Source of the DNA: a bacterium
GTDB lineage: Bacteria > Electryoneota > Electryoneia > Electryoneales > Electryoneaceae
Reading direction: 5' to 3'
NCBI GenBank assembly: GCA_963675295.2
Contig: CAXXKJ010000002.1
Location: 416,001 to 480,000 of the forward strand
DNA length: 64,000 nucleotides
A model generated the notes under the pieces. It was not told where the DNA came from. It did not search any database and worked only from the letters and a program-made list of their open reading frames with translations. The position numbers and the translations under genes were made by a program. Positions 62,265 through 64,000 of the stretch are shown one piece after another (the stretch's first letter is position 1; every line of letters begins with the position of its first letter).

Positions 62265-63998
62265 CTACTTCATCAGCACAACTTTCTGCACGGCGTTGAG
62301 CTGTCCGGGGACGGTCGCGTGGACGAAGTAGATGCCGCTTGACAGGGACGACGCGTCAAAGGTGAACGCGTGGGTTCCGGCGGCGGTGCGGCCACTCGCG
62401 AGCGACGCGACCTGCTGGCCGAGCGTGTTGACAACGGTGACCGTGAGGTCCGCCGCTTCAGGCAGCGCGACGGAGATTGTCGTCGTCGGGTTGAACGGGT
62501 TCGGGTAAGCGGCGTTGAGCGCGTACGCGTTGGGTAGAGCCAACGTTCCGACGGCTTCTTCCGCGACCATGAACGCGCCGTGTGTGGACCAGCCGTTGAC
62601 ACCATCGGCGGCCGATGCGGTTTTCTCGAACTGGAACGAATCGCTTACATGCGGTCCATTCGGGTAGCCGATGCTGCCGTAGTAGGTGTAGGTCCCGGCG
62701 GGCGCGTAGGACGGGACATCCTGGCTCAACCCGGCGACGGTGACATCCATGCCGGCGGTGAGGGTGAAGCGTGCGCTGAAGACGTTGTTGATCCAGTTGC
62801 CGTTGGGCAGCTCGACGTCGGTGAAGTAGAAGATGTTCGGGTACGGCGTCGCGGTCGAGTTGACGATGTGGACGTCGTAGTCGATCGTGCCACCGCCGGC
62901 CGGAATGGTCAGCGGCGCGGCGTTCAGCAGCTCAACGTAGATCGGGTCGGGGGAGCCGTACGCGCCGAGGGTGCCGTCCGGGTTGATGTTCTGCATGTAG
63001 AGGTCGCCGCTGGGATCGCTGCGGTCGTCGGTCCAGACCGCGACGAGCTGCTCGTTAGTGGTCAACGTGGCTTCGTGGTCACCCTTCGGGGACTCAACGT
63101 TGCAGAGGTAGAACGGGGCGCCGTCCCAGGCGACGCTGCCGTCGGCGTTGATCCGGGTGGCCATGATGTAGCTGTAATTTTCGCCGAAGACGGCGTCCTT
63201 GTAACTCATCATAATGCCGCCGCCGTCCATGACGAACCCGCGCTGGGCGTACGGCTGGTTGTTGCCGAGCGGGGTGATGGCGACGCCGTTGTCGGTCCAG
63301 AGACGGTTGCCGTCGAGGTCGAACTTCTGCGCGCCGAGACCGTTCATCGTCTGGCCAGTGTTGGCGGTCTGGTACATGACGTAGATGGCGTCGTTGGTGT
63401 CGTTAAACGCGATCGTTGGGGTCATCTGGATTTCGGCGGTGTTGGTGCTGGCCTGGACGCCATTTTCCGCCCACATCACGATGCCGTCCTGGTTGGTGTG
63501 CTGGACGAAGACGTGCAGCAGGTTGTCGATGTGGCTGTCGTACCAGTAGGAGATTGCACCGTCGTTGCCGTCGTTGACAACCTTCGGGCGCATCTGGATA
63601 CCAAGTCCGCCAACGTTGTTCAGGTTGACGCCGTAAGCATCCCATTCGGCGGTACCGTCCACGGCGAAGCGGTTGATGTACAGCCAGCGGGGCGACCAGA
63701 ACATCGAGCCCTGGGACGCAATCCATTGCAGAATGAAACCACCGTCCGAGGTCGGGGCCATGCGTGGGATGCTGACCTGGTAGAGGTCGGAGATTTCGAT
63801 GATCGCCGGGTCCCAAACGTCCGCGCCATTCGAGTCAACGCGCCGCAGGTTGATGTTCATGTCGGACTGCCAGGCGAAGACGATGTCGCCGTTTTCGCAG
63901 ACGCAGATTTGCTGGGCGAGGTCGTCGTCGGTGTCGTCGGAGAGGACGATGCCATCCGCGCCCCAGTTGAAGGTGCCGTCCGGAGCGATGGAATAGCC
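62265..63998 (-). CDS. Secreted propeller-like protein with T9SS CTD, 5' part outside the window
   Basis: Frame is open to the window end; DG..W..NG repeats; CTD. Confidence 0.88.
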   Translation of the reverse strand, partial: GYSIAPDGTFNWGADGIVLSDDTDDDLAQQICVCENGDIVFAWQSDMNINLRRVDSNGADVWDPAIIEISDLYQVSIPRMAPTSDGGFILQWIASQGSMFWSPRWLYINRFAVDGTAEWDAYGVNLNNVGGLGIQMRPKVVNDGNDGAISYWYDSHIDNLLHVFVQHTNQDGIVMWAENGVQASTNTAEIQMTPTIAFNDTNDAIYVMYQTANTGQTMNGLGAQKFDLDGNRLWTDNGVAITPLGNNQPYAQRGFVMDGGGIMMSYKDAVFGENYSYIMATRINADGSVAWDGAPFYLCNVESPKGDHEATLTTNEQLVAVWTDDRSDPSGDLYMQNINPDGTLGAYGSPDPIYVELLNAAPLTIPAGGGTIDYDVHIVNSTATPYPNIFYFTDVELPNGNWINNVFSARFTLTAGMDVTVAGLSQDVPSYAPAGTYTYYGSIGYPNGPHVSDSFQFEKTASAADGVNGWSTHGAFMVAEEAVGTLALPNAYALNAAYPNPFNPTTTISVALPEAADLTVTVVNTLGQQVASLASGRTAAGTHAFTFDASSLSSGIYFVHATVPGQLNAVQKVVLMK

Positions 63999-64000
63999 GT

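Noticed and set aside
50490-62530. Diversity-generating retroelement TR/VR among the near-identical CTD segments
   Set aside because: Mismatches are mostly at third codon positions and not adenine-specific; all copies are coding; no reverse transcriptase is in the window.

Overview
Bacterial DNA, mostly GC-rich (~60-65% by eye). The gene content suggests an FCB-superphylum-type organism with T9SS-like secretion (inference: PorV-like genes and many YPNPFNP C-terminal sorting domains). Housekeeping genes: rplU-rpmA, mdh, hisC, a nitronate monooxygenase/FabK-like gene, an S9 peptidase, otsB-otsA, an A2-type caa3 cytochrome c oxidase cluster with a frameshifted coxB, prmA, a PorV-like operon, an isocitrate/isopropylmalate dehydrogenase and an HD-GYP gene. 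Accessory content: a STAND-ATPase-TPR gene, two Phd-RelE toxin-antitoxin pairs, SatD plus a membrane partner, an AT-rich lipoprotein gene, two multiheme cytochromes (one with a T9SS tag) and a 15-kb array of secreted proteins. Most notable observations: (1) two paralogs of a protein family I do not recognise, each behind a near-consensus sigma70 promoter overlapped by a GAAC-N4-GTTY (LexA-like) box; (2) unrelated or lower-GC cargo genes ending in ~90% DNA-identical T9SS tags; (3) a T9SS-tagged pentaheme cytochrome; (4) many REP-like palindromes and heptamer arrays, some inserted in frame in proteins; (5) a duplicated mdh 3' end. No tRNA, rRNA, CRISPR array, integrase or transposase was seen. 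All identity and GC values are hand estimates.
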